From NCBI GenBank assembly GCA_946493085.1, contig CAMMAC010000003.1:452-64451 (forward strand): a DNA stretch of 64,000 nt, read 5' to 3'. The position numbers and the translations under genes are program-made. Position 1 is the stretch's first letter, and each line of letters begins with the position of its first letter. The DNA is from an uncultured Clostridiaceae bacterium. GTDB taxonomy: Bacteria; Bacillota; Clostridia; TANB77; CAG-508. Of the stretch, positions 1 to 9,510 are shown piece after piece. The notes under the pieces are model-generated. The model saw nothing but the letters and a program-made list of their open reading frames with translations. It was not told the DNA's origin and did no database searches.

Positions 1-42
1 CAATGAGGCGGTGTAAGCCCCTCTTAAAAAATCCAAATAAAA

Positions 43-87
43 AGTGATGGAGTTTTTAGTGTGAATACACTTTCCATCACTTTTTTT
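43..87 (-). terminator. Rho-independent terminator 3' of accC (bidirectional hairpin)
   Basis: Inverted repeat agtgatgga (43-51) / tccatcact (73-81), flanked by an A-run and a T-run, just beyond the accC stop at 127. Confidence 0.6.
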
Positions 88-126
88 GTCTCATCGTAAA
101 ATCGCAAAAAATTTACTATAATTCTT

Positions 127-1476
127 TTATTTTATAAATTTAAATTCTTTTTCTATAAAAGAGGTATCATAATGATTTTCTACAAAATCTTTATTTTCTA
201 ATATCTGTAATAAGAAATCTATATTAGTATCAATTCCTTCTATCACGCATTCTCCTAAAGCACTTTTCATTTTTTGAATAGATTCTTCCCTTGTGCCTGC
301 ATGTACAATAATTTTTGCTAGCATAGAGTCATACGTTTGTGGCACTGTATAACCTGCATAAATAGCTGTATCCACACGAATTCCATTTCCACCTGGCAAG
401 TGCAATTCTGTTATTTTACCTGGACAAGGCATAAAGTTTTTACGTGGATTTTCTGCATTTACTCTTACTTCCATACTATGACCTGTAAATGTAATATCTT
501 TTTGTGTAAAAGACAATTTTTCTCCTGATGCTATTTTTAATTGTTCTTTTATCATATCGATACCAGCTACTAATTCTGTAACAGGATGTTCTACTTGTAT
601 TCTAGTATTCATCTCCATGAAATAAAAATTTTGGTCTTTATCTACTAAAAATTCTATGGTTCCTGCATTATAATATCCAATTTCTTTTGCTGCTTTTACA
701 GCTACTTCCCCCATCTGTTTTCTTGTTTTTTCAGAAATAGCAGGGCTTGGAGATTCTTCTAACATTTTTTGATTTCTTCTTTGCAAGCTACAGTCCCTAT
801 CTCCTAAATGTACTACATTTCCATGTTCGTCACCTAAAATTTGAATTTCTACATGACGTGGTCTTTCAATATATTTCTCCATATACAAGCTATCATCACC
901 AAAAGAAGCAGAAGCTTCTTGCTTTACAATATCATAAGCTTTTTTTAGTTCTTCTTCTTCTCTTACAATACGAATTCCCTTACCTCCGCCTCCAGCAGAT
1001 GCTTTTAGCATAACAGGATATCCAATTTGTTTGGCAATTTCTATAGCTTCTTTCTTGCTATTTACTAATCCATCTGAACCTGGTACTACTGGTACTCCTG
1101 CATTTTTCATAGTTTGCTTTGCTTTTGATTTATTGCCTAATAAATCGATTAGTGTATGAGAAGGACCAATAAATTTGATTCCTATTTCTTCGCATATTTT
1201 TGCAAAATGGCTGTTTTCTGATAAAAAGCCAAAGCCAGGATGAATACTATCACATCCTGTTAAGCATGCTGCTTCTATAATCGCTTTTATATTCAAATAG
1301 CTTTTAGCAGAAGGTGCTGGTCCAATACAAACAGCTTCATCTGCTAAACTTTTATGTAGCGCTGTTTTATCTGCTTCAGAGTAAACTGCTACTGTACTAA
1401 TTCCCAATTCTCTACAGGCTCTTATAATACGAACTGCTATTTCTCCACGATTCGCAATTAAAACTTTTCTTAGCAT
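127..1476 (-). CDS. accC: Acetyl-CoA carboxylase, biotin carboxylase subunit
   Basis: 449 aa. N-terminus MLRKVLIANRGEIAVRIIRA, ATP-grasp glycine loop GGGGKGIR, motif EMNTRIQVEH. Sits next to accB and fabZ. Confidence 0.95.
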   Translation of the reverse strand: MLRKVLIANRGEIAVRIIRACRELGISTVAVYSEADKTALHKSLADEAVCIGPAPSAKSYLNIKAIIEAACLTGCDSIHPGFGFLSENSHFAKICEEIGIKFIGPSHTLIDLLGNKSKAKQTMKNAGVPVVPGSDGLVNSKKEAIEIAKQIGYPVMLKASAGGGGKGIRIVREEEELKKAYDIVKQEASASFGDDSLYMEKYIERPRHVEIQILGDEHGNVVHLGDRDCSLQRRNQKMLEESPSPAISEKTRKQMGEVAVKAAKEIGYYNAGTIEFLVDKDQNFYFMEMNTRIQVEHPVTELVAGIDMIKEQLKIASGEKLSFTQKDITFTGHSMEVRVNAENPRKNFMPCPGKITELHLPGGNGIRVDTAIYAGYTVPQTYDSMLAKIIVHAGTREESIQKMKSALGECVIEGIDTNIDFLLQILENKDFVENHYDTSFIEKEFKFIK

Positions 1477-1497
1477 GTATGTTTCATCCTTTCTTTA

Positions 1498-1920
1498 CTA
1501 TACAATGGCAAAAGTAAGTTCACCTTTTGCAGCCACTTTTCCGTCTACTGTAGCAATAGCTTCTCCTACACCTACAGGACCCTTTTGTTTAATAATATGT
1601 ACTTCTAATTTTAATACATCTCCTGGAACTACTTGCTTTTTAAAACGTAATTTGTCAATTCCTCCAAACAAGGCATTTTTTCCTTTATTCTCTTCCATAG
1701 AAAGAATGGCTACTGCTCCTGTTTGTGCCAATGCTTCTACGATTAATACTCCTGGCATGATAGGGTTTCCTGGAAAATGTCCTGCAAAATGTGGTTCATT
1801 GATACACACATTTTTATAAGCAATACAGCTTTGTCCTGGCACTAATTCTTCTACTCTATCTATCATTAAAAATGGTGCTCTTTGTGGAATAATCTCCATA
1901 ATTTGTTTAATATCTAACAT
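1498..1920 (-). CDS. fabZ: 3-hydroxyacyl-ACP dehydratase
   Basis: 140 aa hotdog-fold protein. Motifs [12 protein letters not shown]-like ([12 protein letters not shown]) and [12 protein letters not shown]. Located between accC and accB. Confidence 0.93.
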   Translation of the reverse strand: MLDIKQIMEIIPQRAPFLMIDRVEELVPGQSCIAYKNVCINEPHFAGHFPGNPIMPGVLIVEALAQTGAVAILSMEENKGKNALFGGIDKLRFKKQVVPGDVLKLEVHIIKQKGPVGVGEAIATVDGKVAAKGELTFAIV

Positions 1921-1932
1921 ACTTTTTCTCCT

Positions 1933-2388
1933 TTATTTTAATTTAAATAATGGTGTTCCATATTCTACCATTTCTTCATTAGAAACACAAATTTCTGCAA
2001 TTTCACCATCATATTCTGACTCAATTTCATTCATTAATTTCATAGCTTCTATAATGCATACTACCTGTCCTTTTTTTACTTTGTCTCCTACTTTTACAAA
2101 AGGTTCTTCCTTTGGAGAATTGCTAGCATAAAAAGTACCTACCATTGGTGATTTTATTACTTTTTCGTCTTTTTCATCTTTTTTCTCTTCTTTCATCGCA
2201 GTGGTATCTATTTGCACATTTTGTACTTGTACATTTTCTTTTGGCATTGGTACTACTGGAACTTGTGCTACAGGTGCAGTGTTCTTTTTCATACTAATTT
2301 TTACTCCATCTGGAAACTCTATATCTAAAGCATCAATTTTAGAATTTCCCATATCCTCTATTAATTTTTTGATATCCTCGTAATTCAT
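1933..2388 (-). CDS. accB: Biotin carboxyl carrier protein of acetyl-CoA carboxylase
   Basis: 151 aa. Biotinyl-lysine motif [10 protein letters not shown] near the C-terminus and a Pro/Val-rich linker. Confidence 0.93.
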   Translation of the reverse strand: MNYEDIKKLIEDMGNSKIDALDIEFPDGVKISMKKNTAPVAQVPVVPMPKENVQVQNVQIDTTAMKEEKKDEKDEKVIKSPMVGTFYASNSPKEEPFVKVGDKVKKGQVVCIIEAMKLMNEIESEYDGEIAEICVSNEEMVEYGTPLFKLK

Positions 2389-2398
2389 CTGCTTCCTC

Positions 2399-3637
2399 CT
2401 ACTCTTCTATATTTTTAAATAAAATAGAACTGTTGTGTCCTCCAAATCCTAAAGAATTAGACATTGCATACGCTACTTTTTGATTTCTACCTTTGTTTGG
2501 TACAACATCTAAGTCACATTCTTCGTCAGGTACTTTGTATCCTATTGTTGGTGGTACAAAACTATCTTCTATTGCTTTTACACAAGCTACTGCTTCTACT
2601 CCTCCGGCAGCACCCAATAAATGTCCTGTATTTCCTTTTGTAGAACTCATCATTACTTTATTTGCAGCTTCTCCAAAAGCTAGTTTTACAGCAAGTGTCT
2701 CTCCTAAATCATTTAAATGAGTAGAAGTACCATGTGCATTAATATAAGTAACTTGCTCTGGATTAATTTTTGCTTCTTTCATAGCATTTTTCATTGCTCT
2801 TGCTGCTCCTTCTCCGTCTGGTGATGGAGAAGTAATATGGTAAGCATCTGAAGTTGCTCCATATCCTACTACTTCTGCATAAATTTTTGCATTTCTCTTT
2901 TTCGCATGCTCATATTCTTCTAATACTAAAACACCAGCACCTTCTCCCATGACAAACCCACTTCTTTCTTTATCAAATGGAATACTTGCTCTTGTTACAT
3001 CTTCTGCTTGTGTTAATGCTTTAATATTGCTAAAACCTGCAATTCCTGTTGGTGTAATAGAAGCTTCTGTTCCTCCTGCTACTGCTGCATCTTGGTAGCC
3101 ATGTTTTATCATTCTATAAGCCTCTCCTATAGAATGTGTTCCACTAGCACATGCTGTTACTACACAAAAAGATTCTCCTTTTAATCCTAAATCGATAGCT
3201 ACATTCCCTGCTGCCATATTTACAATAGACATGGGAATATACATAGGAGAAACTCTCTCTGGACCTTTTTCTACTAAATTTCTATTTTCTTTTTCTATGG
3301 TTCCAAGTCCACCTATTCCTGTACTAATAATGGTAGCTATCCTTGTCATATCTGTATTTTCTGCTGTAATTTTTGCATCCTTTATAGCTTCTCTTGCTGC
3401 TACAATAGCATATTGAGAAAATAAATCCATTCTTTTTGCTGTTCTTTTATCAAAAAACTCATCTTCGTTATATCCTTTTACTTCTGCTGCAATTTTTACT
3501 TTATAATCGCTTGTATCAAATTTTGTAATCTTATCAATTCCACATTTTCCTTCTTTAATTCCTTTCCAAAACTCTTCTACTGTATTTCCTATTGGTGTAA
3601 TAGCTCCTAAACCTGTTACCACAACACGTCTTTCCAT
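2399..3637 (-). CDS. fabF: Beta-ketoacyl-ACP synthase II
   Basis: 412 aa. Active-site context VVTACASG, His motifs NAHGTST and GHLLGAAG, C-terminal [10 protein letters not shown]. Confidence 0.93.
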   Translation of the reverse strand: MERRVVVTGLGAITPIGNTVEEFWKGIKEGKCGIDKITKFDTSDYKVKIAAEVKGYNEDEFFDKRTAKRMDLFSQYAIVAAREAIKDAKITAENTDMTRIATIISTGIGGLGTIEKENRNLVEKGPERVSPMYIPMSIVNMAAGNVAIDLGLKGESFCVVTACASGTHSIGEAYRMIKHGYQDAAVAGGTEASITPTGIAGFSNIKALTQAEDVTRASIPFDKERSGFVMGEGAGVLVLEEYEHAKKRNAKIYAEVVGYGATSDAYHITSPSPDGEGAARAMKNAMKEAKINPEQVTYINAHGTSTHLNDLGETLAVKLAFGEAANKVMMSSTKGNTGHLLGAAGGVEAVACVKAIEDSFVPPTIGYKVPDEECDLDVVPNKGRNQKVAYAMSNSLGFGGHNSSILFKNIEE

Positions 3638-3658
3638 TATTTTTCCTCCCTCATATTT

Positions 3659-3687
3659 TGAACTTTAGGGACGTTCCTTAAAGTTCA
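3659..3687. repeat. 29-nt palindromic repeat, copy A (REP-like)
   Basis: tgaactttagggacgttccttaaagttca. 9-bp arms TGAACTTTA/TAAAGTTCA around a near-palindromic core. Lies in the fabF 5' leader just upstream of the RBS gagggagg. Confidence 0.85.
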
Positions 3688-3733
3688 CTTTCCTTTTATA
3701 CTCGTATAGTTATACCATTTTTTTGTTTTTCTC

Positions 3734-3760
3734 TCTATTAGTCTGACCAGTCAATTTTAT
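3734..3760 (-). promoter_or_regulatory. Putative fatty-acid-synthesis repressor operator (FabT/FapR-type), copy upstream of fabF
   Basis: 27 nt tctattagtctgaccagtcaattttat, identical to 8547-8573 upstream of fabH. Contains the inverted repeat TGAC-CA-GTCA and resembles the streptococcal FabT box AGTTTGACTGTCAAATT. TAGAGA-17-TATAAC lies just downstream on the minus strand. Confidence 0.55.
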
Positions 3761-3766
3761 GGTTTT

Positions 3767-3802
3767 AATAAAAAAGAAACTAGCATTTATGGTCTAGTTT
3801 CT
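3767..3802 (-). terminator. Rho-independent terminator after pilin-like gene P1
   Basis: On the minus strand: AGAAACTAG-loop-CTAGTTTCT followed by TTTTTTATT. Confidence 0.7.
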
Positions 3803-3808
3803 AGTATT

Positions 3809-4576
3809 TTAAAATGTAAACAATAAATGTCCCGCTGACCTAACTGATGTAGAACTTCCATAGGTAAATTGTTCTCCTGGTGCTAAATTTATATAGGAAA
3901 AAGCTGCTAACCCCCATACAGAATCTTGACTTTTATAGGTAGAACCTAAAAGTTTTCCATTTGTTGTATAAGTAGGTACACTTCCCCAAGTTAATACAAA
4001 AGCCAATAAATTTACTGGTGTATCAGAATTGTTAACATATGATTTTATATAAGAACCTGCATCACTTGAATCTTTTGCATTTCCTGCTATCATTGTTGCG
4101 TTTTCAAAAATTTGATGATAGATATTACCTGTACCTATTATCTTCTCTCCATTCACATAAGCGGTTTTCCCCTCTGTAATATCTTCTGCTGTTGCTGTTG
4201 CATCTTTCGTTCTTTCTTGTAATATCTTTCCAATGTTTTCCGCCATTGTATCTGCAGTATCTGTTTCTGTTGTAGTCACACCTTCGTTCGTGATAGCTGT
4301 TGCTATTATTCTTCTAAAATTTTCTAGTTTTTCTATGGCATCCACCATAGAATCATCAAAAATTCCTTCTCCGCCCTTTGCTAATTCTTCATATAAGCTA
4401 TTTAACTGTTTCTCCTCTTCCACTCTCGCTAACTCTATATTTTCTCTTGCTTTTTGTGCTTGCGAGATAATTCCATTTTCTCCTATTGTCATATTTAAAC
4501 TTACTCCTGCTAAAATGATTAGTACAACAATAGTTACAGCTAAAGTGATCATTGTAATTCCATTATTTTTTTTCAA
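3809..4576 (-). CDS. Pilin-like protein P1 (conserved N-terminal module, variable C-terminus)
   Basis: 255 aa with a TTG start and RBS agagggga. N-terminus KKNNG|ITMITLAVTIVVLIILAGVS...GENGII...ELARVEEEKQLNSLYEEL. Mid module AITNEGVTTTETDTADTMAENI. Alignable to P5 up to EGKTAYVNGEKIIGTG, then unrelated. Confidence 0.8.
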   Translation of the reverse strand: MKKNNGITMITLAVTIVVLIILAGVSLNMTIGENGIISQAQKARENIELARVEEEKQLNSLYEELAKGGEGIFDDSMVDAIEKLENFRRIIATAITNEGVTTTETDTADTMAENIGKILQERTKDATATAEDITEGKTAYVNGEKIIGTGNIYHQIFENATMIAGNAKDSSDAGSYIKSYVNNSDTPVNLLAFVLTWGSVPTYTTNGKLLGSTYKSQDSVWGLAAFSYINLAPGEQFTYGSSTSVRSAGHLLFTF

Positions 4577-4708
4577 CTCTATTTCCCCTCTTCTTATGTT
4601 TTTGTTATCTCTCTTTAGTCTCTCCTAGGTCCTTTTTATTTTCTATTTATTTTTTGTGTTTTGCAATTTATTTTATGTAATTACATATTTATTGCTTTAT
4701 ATCTACAT

Positions 4709-4744
4709 TAAAAAATAAAAAAATTCTAGATTTTTACTCTAGAA
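4709..4744 (-). terminator. Rho-independent terminator after P2
   Basis: On the minus strand: TTCTAGA-gtaaaaa-TCTAGAA followed by a T-run. Homologous to the terminator at 5683-5711. Confidence 0.7.
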
Positions 4745-4767
4745 TTTTCTTACTCATTTTTTGGTAA

Positions 4768-4796
4768 TGAATTTTAAGGAACGTCCCTAATGTTCA
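4768..4796. repeat. 29-nt palindromic repeat, copy B
   Basis: tgaattttaaggaacgtccctaatgttca. Ends at 4796, directly abutting the P2 stop codon (4797-4799). Confidence 0.8.
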
Positions 4797-5522
4797 TTAG
4801 TAAACTACATAAACATTTATTCCCACTGATGCATTAACCCATCTACGCCATGTATCTGCTTGATAATTATCACCACAACTTAATCCTGAAATAGTTAATA
4901 CTCCTGTAGATGCATCATAAGATTTTGTCATTCTACTACTAGCATCAATTTGTCCAAACAAAGGATATTGTGCTCCACTAGTATTTCCCGCACCTCCATT
5001 AGCCGACAAACTTGCAAACTCTACTAAAAAATTGTCTTTTGTTAAGGATGCATACTTATCTGGTAATGTATTTTTTACGTTAATACTCGTGCTAGAGCCA
5101 AGATATTGAATTGTTGCTCCACTTAAACTTTTAATATTTTGTGCCATAGTTTCTGCTGTAGCTGTTTCATCCGTTTGGATTCCTTTTTCTGTAATCGCTT
5201 GTGCTATTGTTGCTTTAAATGTTCCATAGTCCGCTTGTAAACTATCATACTCCTTTTTTAATGCATCAAATTTATTTTGCAGTTCATTTCCATCTCCCGA
5301 AGGAAAGCTAATACTATTATAATTTATTAGCTCATCATAAATACTATTTAGATTTTGCTCTTCTTCTAATTTTGCAAGTTCTGTATTTTCTTTTGCTTTT
5401 TGTGTTAGTGTAATGATTCCGTTATCTCCTACTAGCATATTCATACTTACTCCTGCTAGTATAATTAAAACAATAATTGTTACAACTAATGCTACTAATG
5501 TAACTCCTTTATTTTCTTTCAT
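4797..5522 (-). CDS. Pilin-like protein P2
   Basis: 241 aa. N-terminus ENKG|VTLVALVVTIIVLIILAGVS..GDNGII..ELAKLEEEQNLNSIYDEL. Mid module AITEKGIQTDETATAETMAQNI. C-terminal motif SYDASTGVLTIS is shared with P5. Confidence 0.8.
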   Translation of the reverse strand: MKENKGVTLVALVVTIIVLIILAGVSMNMLVGDNGIITLTQKAKENTELAKLEEEQNLNSIYDELINYNSISFPSGDGNELQNKFDALKKEYDSLQADYGTFKATIAQAITEKGIQTDETATAETMAQNIKSLSGATIQYLGSSTSINVKNTLPDKYASLTKDNFLVEFASLSANGGAGNTSGAQYPLFGQIDASSRMTKSYDASTGVLTISGLSCGDNYQADTWRRWVNASVGINVYVVY

Positions 5523-5682
5523 TTGTCTCTCTCCTTTTTCTTATGTTTTTTATTTATACTTAGTATTACTTTTTGGTAATTGTTAATGTTATTTTTATTA
5601 TACTTTTCTTACATTACCCATTTCTATTACTTTATGTTATTTTATTACTTACTTTAAACATAATAACTTTTCTTATTTCCAT

Positions 5683-5711
5683 AAAAAAAAATTCTAGACT
5701 TTTTTCTAGAA
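5683..5711 (-). terminator. Rho-independent terminator after fabG
   Basis: On the minus strand: TTCTAGA-aaaaag-TCTAGAA followed by T9. Confidence 0.7.
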
Positions 5712-5721
5712 TTTTTTCTCA

Positions 5722-5750
5722 TGAGCTTTAAGAAACATCCCTAAAGTTCA
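5722..5750. repeat. 29-nt palindromic repeat, copy C
   Basis: tgagctttaagaaacatccctaaagttca. Lies 2 nt after the fabG stop (5753-5755). Confidence 0.75.
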
Positions 5751-5752
5751 AA

Positions 5753-6493
5753 TTACATCACCATACCGCCGTCTACATTAATTACTTGACCAGTAATATA
5801 TTTACTCTCTTCTGATCCTAAAAAGTATACAAGATTTGCAACTTCTTCCGGCGTTCCCATCCTCTTTAGTGGGATTTGATTGTGAATATTTTCTTTTACT
5901 TCTTCCGATAACACATCTGTCATATCTGTTTTTATAAATCCGGGAGCCACGCAATTTGCTCTAATATTTCTAGAAGCAAGTTCTTTTGCCACACTTTTTG
6001 TAAAGCCAATAATACCTGCCTTAGAAGCCGCATAATTACTTTGTCCAGCATTTCCTACTAATCCAACTACAGAGGAGATATTAATAATACTTCCCTCTCT
6101 TTTTTTCATCATATAAGGAATAACTTCTTTTGTTACTAAAAAAGTCCCTTTTAAGTTGATTTCTATTACTTTATCAAAATCTTCTTCCTTCATTCTCATT
6201 AGTAGTCCATCTCTTGTAATGCCTGCATTATTGACTAATACATCAATATATCCAAACTTTTCTATAGCTGTTTTTACTAAATTTTGAATTTCTTCCTTTT
6301 TTGTAACATCTGCTTTTACTAATAATAATTCTACATTTTCTTTTTCAAATTCTTCTTGTAATCCTTTTATATCTGTATTATCCGATACATAATTAATGAC
6401 AATATTATACCCATTTTTCGCAAATTTTAAGGCAACCTGTTTTCCAATTCCTCTAGAACCTCCCGTAATCAAGGCAACTCTACATTCTTCCAT
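5753..6493 (-). CDS. fabG: 3-oxoacyl-ACP reductase
   Basis: 246 aa short-chain dehydrogenase (SDR). Motifs TGGSRGIG, NNAG, catalytic YAASK, C-terminal GQVINVDGGMVM. Confidence 0.93.
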   Translation of the reverse strand: MEECRVALITGGSRGIGKQVALKFAKNGYNIVINYVSDNTDIKGLQEEFEKENVELLLVKADVTKKEEIQNLVKTAIEKFGYIDVLVNNAGITRDGLLMRMKEEDFDKVIEINLKGTFLVTKEVIPYMMKKREGSIINISSVVGLVGNAGQSNYAASKAGIIGFTKSVAKELASRNIRANCVAPGFIKTDMTDVLSEEVKENIHNQIPLKRMGTPEEVANLVYFLGSEESKYITGQVINVDGGMVM

Positions 6494-6563
6494 TTTATAT
6501 CACATTCCTTTCTTAGTTATAAATCTAGTTGGAAAAGAATTAAATTTTCCAACCATTCTTTCT

Positions 6564-7565
6564 TTATTTGTTTCCTAAATTCTTACATAAAGCTTCGAAT
6601 GTTTCCACATTATTTACACAATAAGTAGATACTTCTTTACTTTCTCTTTTTACAAATCCTGTTAATGTTTTGCCCGGTCCTAATTCAATAAAAGTATCTA
6701 CGCCTTCTTGTAACATTTCTTGTATTTCTTGTTCAAAACGAACTGGTGAAATAATATGTTTTGTTAATACTTCTACCATATCTTCCTTCTTTTGATAAGG
6801 TTTTCCATCTACATTTTTAAGAATGACGCAATCATTTCCTTCTAAAAAAACAATTTTTTCTAAATCCTGTTTATACTTTTTAGCCGCTTCTTCTAGTTTT
6901 TTTGTATGGAATGGTCCACTTGTATTTAATACTACTGTTTTTTTCGCTCTTGCTTCTTTTAATTGTTCTTGTGCCAATCGTATTGCGTTTTCTTCACCAG
7001 AAATAACTACCTGTCCTTTACAGTTATAATTAGCAGGTTGTATAAAGAAGCCTTGTTCTTCTATTTCGTTGCAAATTGCCTCTATTACACTTTCTTCTAG
7101 TCCAATTACTGCTAACATTTGAAATTTCTCTTCTGGTAGATAGTTTTGCATATAATACCCTCTTTGCTTTAATAAAAATATAGAATCTTCAAAACTTATT
7201 TTTTCTCCATACACTAACGCTGGATATTCTCCCAAGCTAAGTCCTGCTGCCATTTGTGCTTCTATATTTTCTTTTTTGCATAAAGCTAAAATGGCTAAAC
7301 TAAGTGTTGCAATAGCAAGTTGTGTATTTTCTGTTTGATTTAAATCTTCTCCTACTTGTATCTCCCCATTTGCTATTGTATATGGTTCTGAGTATTCTTC
7401 CCTTTTACCTTCGAAACATAGTTTTGCTATGTCTATCTTCGAAATTTCCGAAGCTTTCTTAAATACCTCTCTTACTATCTCATATTTCTCATATAAATCT
7501 TTTCCCATTCCTACACTTTGTGTTCCTTGACCTGGAAATAAAAAAGCACATTTCATATTTTTCAT
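6564..7565 (-). CDS. fabD: Malonyl-CoA:ACP transacylase
   Basis: 333 aa. Motif FPGQGTQ and active-site GLSLGEY. Located between fabG and fabH. Confidence 0.92.
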   Translation of the reverse strand: MKNMKCAFLFPGQGTQSVGMGKDLYEKYEIVREVFKKASEISKIDIAKLCFEGKREEYSEPYTIANGEIQVGEDLNQTENTQLAIATLSLAILALCKKENIEAQMAAGLSLGEYPALVYGEKISFEDSIFLLKQRGYYMQNYLPEEKFQMLAVIGLEESVIEAICNEIEEQGFFIQPANYNCKGQVVISGEENAIRLAQEQLKEARAKKTVVLNTSGPFHTKKLEEAAKKYKQDLEKIVFLEGNDCVILKNVDGKPYQKKEDMVEVLTKHIISPVRFEQEIQEMLQEGVDTFIELGPGKTLTGFVKRESKEVSTYCVNNVETFEALCKNLGNK

Positions 7566-7571
7566 TCCTTT

Positions 7572-8501
7572 CTATATTTCTAATAAAATACTTCCTGTAT
7601 TCAATCCTCCGCCATAACCTAATAGAAGAATCTTATCCTTTTCTTTTAATTTTCCTTCTTGCATTATATCATCTAATGCAATAGGAATACTAGCACAAAA
7701 AGTATTTCCTCTTTTTTGAATATTGATATACATTTTTTCTTCTGATACATTTAATCTTTTTGTCATTGCTTGCATAATTCTCAAATTCGATTGATGTGGT
7801 ACAAGATATTTAATTTCTTCAATATTCATATTCATCTTACTTAATAATTTTTGTATCTGTTCTACTGGTTTTGTAACAGCATACTTATAGATTTCTTTTC
7901 CCTTCATTACTATCTTTTCATTTGCTTTACAAGTTAGAATGTCCTCACTATCTATCTCACTTTGTATCTCACTTTCATATTGTTTTTCTTCATTCGTCTG
8001 CTCTAATATAACAGCTCCTGCCCCATCAGATAATACAATAGCTGTTCCTATATCGTTTTTATCCACTACATTGGATAGAGCATCCACTCCTACGACTAAT
8101 GCTCTTTGTATTTTTCCTAAGGCAATTTCATTTCTAGCTATATCAAAGGCATTAATAAATCCACTGCATCCTGCTGATATATCTAAACATTTCGCATTTT
8201 GTAGCTTACATTCTCTTTGCACGAAAAAAGATATTCCCGGCATATAATACTGATTTGTAGTAGAAGAAACTATCACTAAATCAATAGAATTTGATGCTAT
8301 ATTTCCTTTTTGTATCGCATCTTTTGCCGCATTCACTGCCATTTGTACTATCGTTTCTTCTTGGATATAATATCTTGTTTGAATTCCTGTCATCTTTTCT
8401 ATATACTGCTCTGTTACTTGCAGAATAGAAGCAAGCTCTTTATTTTCTATTTTCTTACTTGGCAAATATTTACCTGTTGCTACTATTTTCATATATTTCA
8501 T
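7572..8501 (-). CDS. fabH: Beta-ketoacyl-ACP synthase III
   Basis: 309 aa. Active-site Cys context DISAGCSGF, motif PHQSN, C-terminal GYGGGLN. Confidence 0.9.
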   Translation of the reverse strand: MKYMKIVATGKYLPSKKIENKELASILQVTEQYIEKMTGIQTRYYIQEETIVQMAVNAAKDAIQKGNIASNSIDLVIVSSTTNQYYMPGISFFVQRECKLQNAKCLDISAGCSGFINAFDIARNEIALGKIQRALVVGVDALSNVVDKNDIGTAIVLSDGAGAVILEQTNEEKQYESEIQSEIDSEDILTCKANEKIVMKGKEIYKYAVTKPVEQIQKLLSKMNMNIEEIKYLVPHQSNLRIMQAMTKRLNVSEEKMYINIQKRGNTFCASIPIALDDIMQEGKLKEKDKILLLGYGGGLNTGSILLEI

Positions 8502-8546
8502 CGTTTTCTCTCCATTTTTATTTTATACCTTAATTTTTCTTTTGTT

Positions 8547-8573
8547 TCTATTAGTCTGACCAGTCAATTTTAT
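8547..8573 (-). promoter_or_regulatory. Putative fab repressor operator, copy upstream of fabH
   Basis: An exact 27-nt duplicate of 3734-3760. On the minus strand it is followed by TAGAAA-17-TATAAA and then the fabH RBS. Confidence 0.55.
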
Positions 8574-8593
8574 AATTTTTGTAGTAATAACTT

Positions 8594-8632
8594 AAAATAC
8601 TAGAATATCAAACAAACTGTTGATATCCTAGT
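8594..8632 (-). terminator. Rho-independent terminator after P3
   Basis: On the minus strand: ACTAGGATATCAA-loop-TTGATATTCTAGT followed by ATTTT. Confidence 0.65.
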
Positions 8633-8668
8633 ATTTATATACTTATTTTAGATTATTGCATATCATTA

Positions 8669-9322
8669 TTAATCTGTGATTTTTGTATATTCTAAAAATA
8701 TATAACATGGTTGCTCAGAAAAATTAGTCATACTACCATTTCCCATTCTCATGCAAATATATTTTCTGTCTTCAGAAGTAAAAATTTCCCTGTTTCCATT
8801 TACATTTGAGTCAGCAGGAGTAGGAATAGGAAAAATTGCATTATTTTTTCCTATTCCTATTGCTCTTATATCCACTACAAAATCCAAATTTAAGTTAGAA
8901 ATATTTACTACATTATGAGCTTGTCCATCTGCTACTGGAGACGTTATATAATATACTCTCCTATAGATTGACTTTCCATCTACCCATGTTCCTACTATTC
9001 TCTCTTCTTCCAGACTATATTCATTTTTATTATATTCTTGTAATTTATTTTCTATTCGCTCATCTATTAGCTTATTTAAATCTTCCATAGATATTGTAAT
9101 CTTTGAATCATCATTTGTCGCAATCATCAATTCACTATACAAATCATTTAGTTGTCTTTCTTCAGATAATTGTGCATTTAAAATTACTTCTTTTGCCCTC
9201 TTCGCCTGCTCTATAATTCCATTCTCTCCTATCAGTGTGTTAATAGACACTCCTGCTAAAATAATAAGCACAATAATGGTTACTACTAAAGATACCATCG
9301 CTATTCCTGTATTTCTCTTCAT
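8669..9322 (-). CDS. Pilin-like protein P3
   Basis: 217 aa. N-terminus RNTG|IAMVSLVVTIIVLIILAGVS..GENGII. Lacks the mid module. Has a distinct C-terminus (..VGTWVDGKSIYRRVYY..). Confidence 0.78.
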   Translation of the reverse strand: MKRNTGIAMVSLVVTIIVLIILAGVSINTLIGENGIIEQAKRAKEVILNAQLSEERQLNDLYSELMIATNDDSKITISMEDLNKLIDERIENKLQEYNKNEYSLEEERIVGTWVDGKSIYRRVYYITSPVADGQAHNVVNISNLNLDFVVDIRAIGIGKNNAIFPIPTPADSNVNGNREIFTSEDRKYICMRMGNGSMTNFSEQPCYIFLEYTKITD

Positions 9323-9374
9323 TTTATCTCTCTCCTTTTTCTATGTTTCTCTCTTCTTCTTAATTTATACTGCT

Positions 9375-9404
9375 ATTTCATATTATCTTTTAGCTAACTG
9401 TCAA
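9375..9404 (-). promoter_or_regulatory. Conserved sigma-A-type promoter of P3
   Basis: On the minus strand: TTGACA-gttagctaaaagataata-TGAAAT, followed by the family-conserved GTATAAAT box and AAACATAGAAAAAGGAG RBS region. Confidence 0.55.
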
Positions 9405-9471
9405 TATTATTTTTATTATCTTTCTTTTGCTTTTTTCTTGCTACATTTTTTATGTTATCTTTTGAATACAT

Positions 9472-9501
9472 AAAAAAGAAATTAGCACCAAACTAATTTC
9501 T
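9472..9501 (-). terminator. Rho-independent terminator after P4
   Basis: On the minus strand: AGAAATTAG-tttggtg-CTAATTTCT followed by TTTTTT. Confidence 0.7.
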
Positions 9502-9510
9502 TTATCTTAT

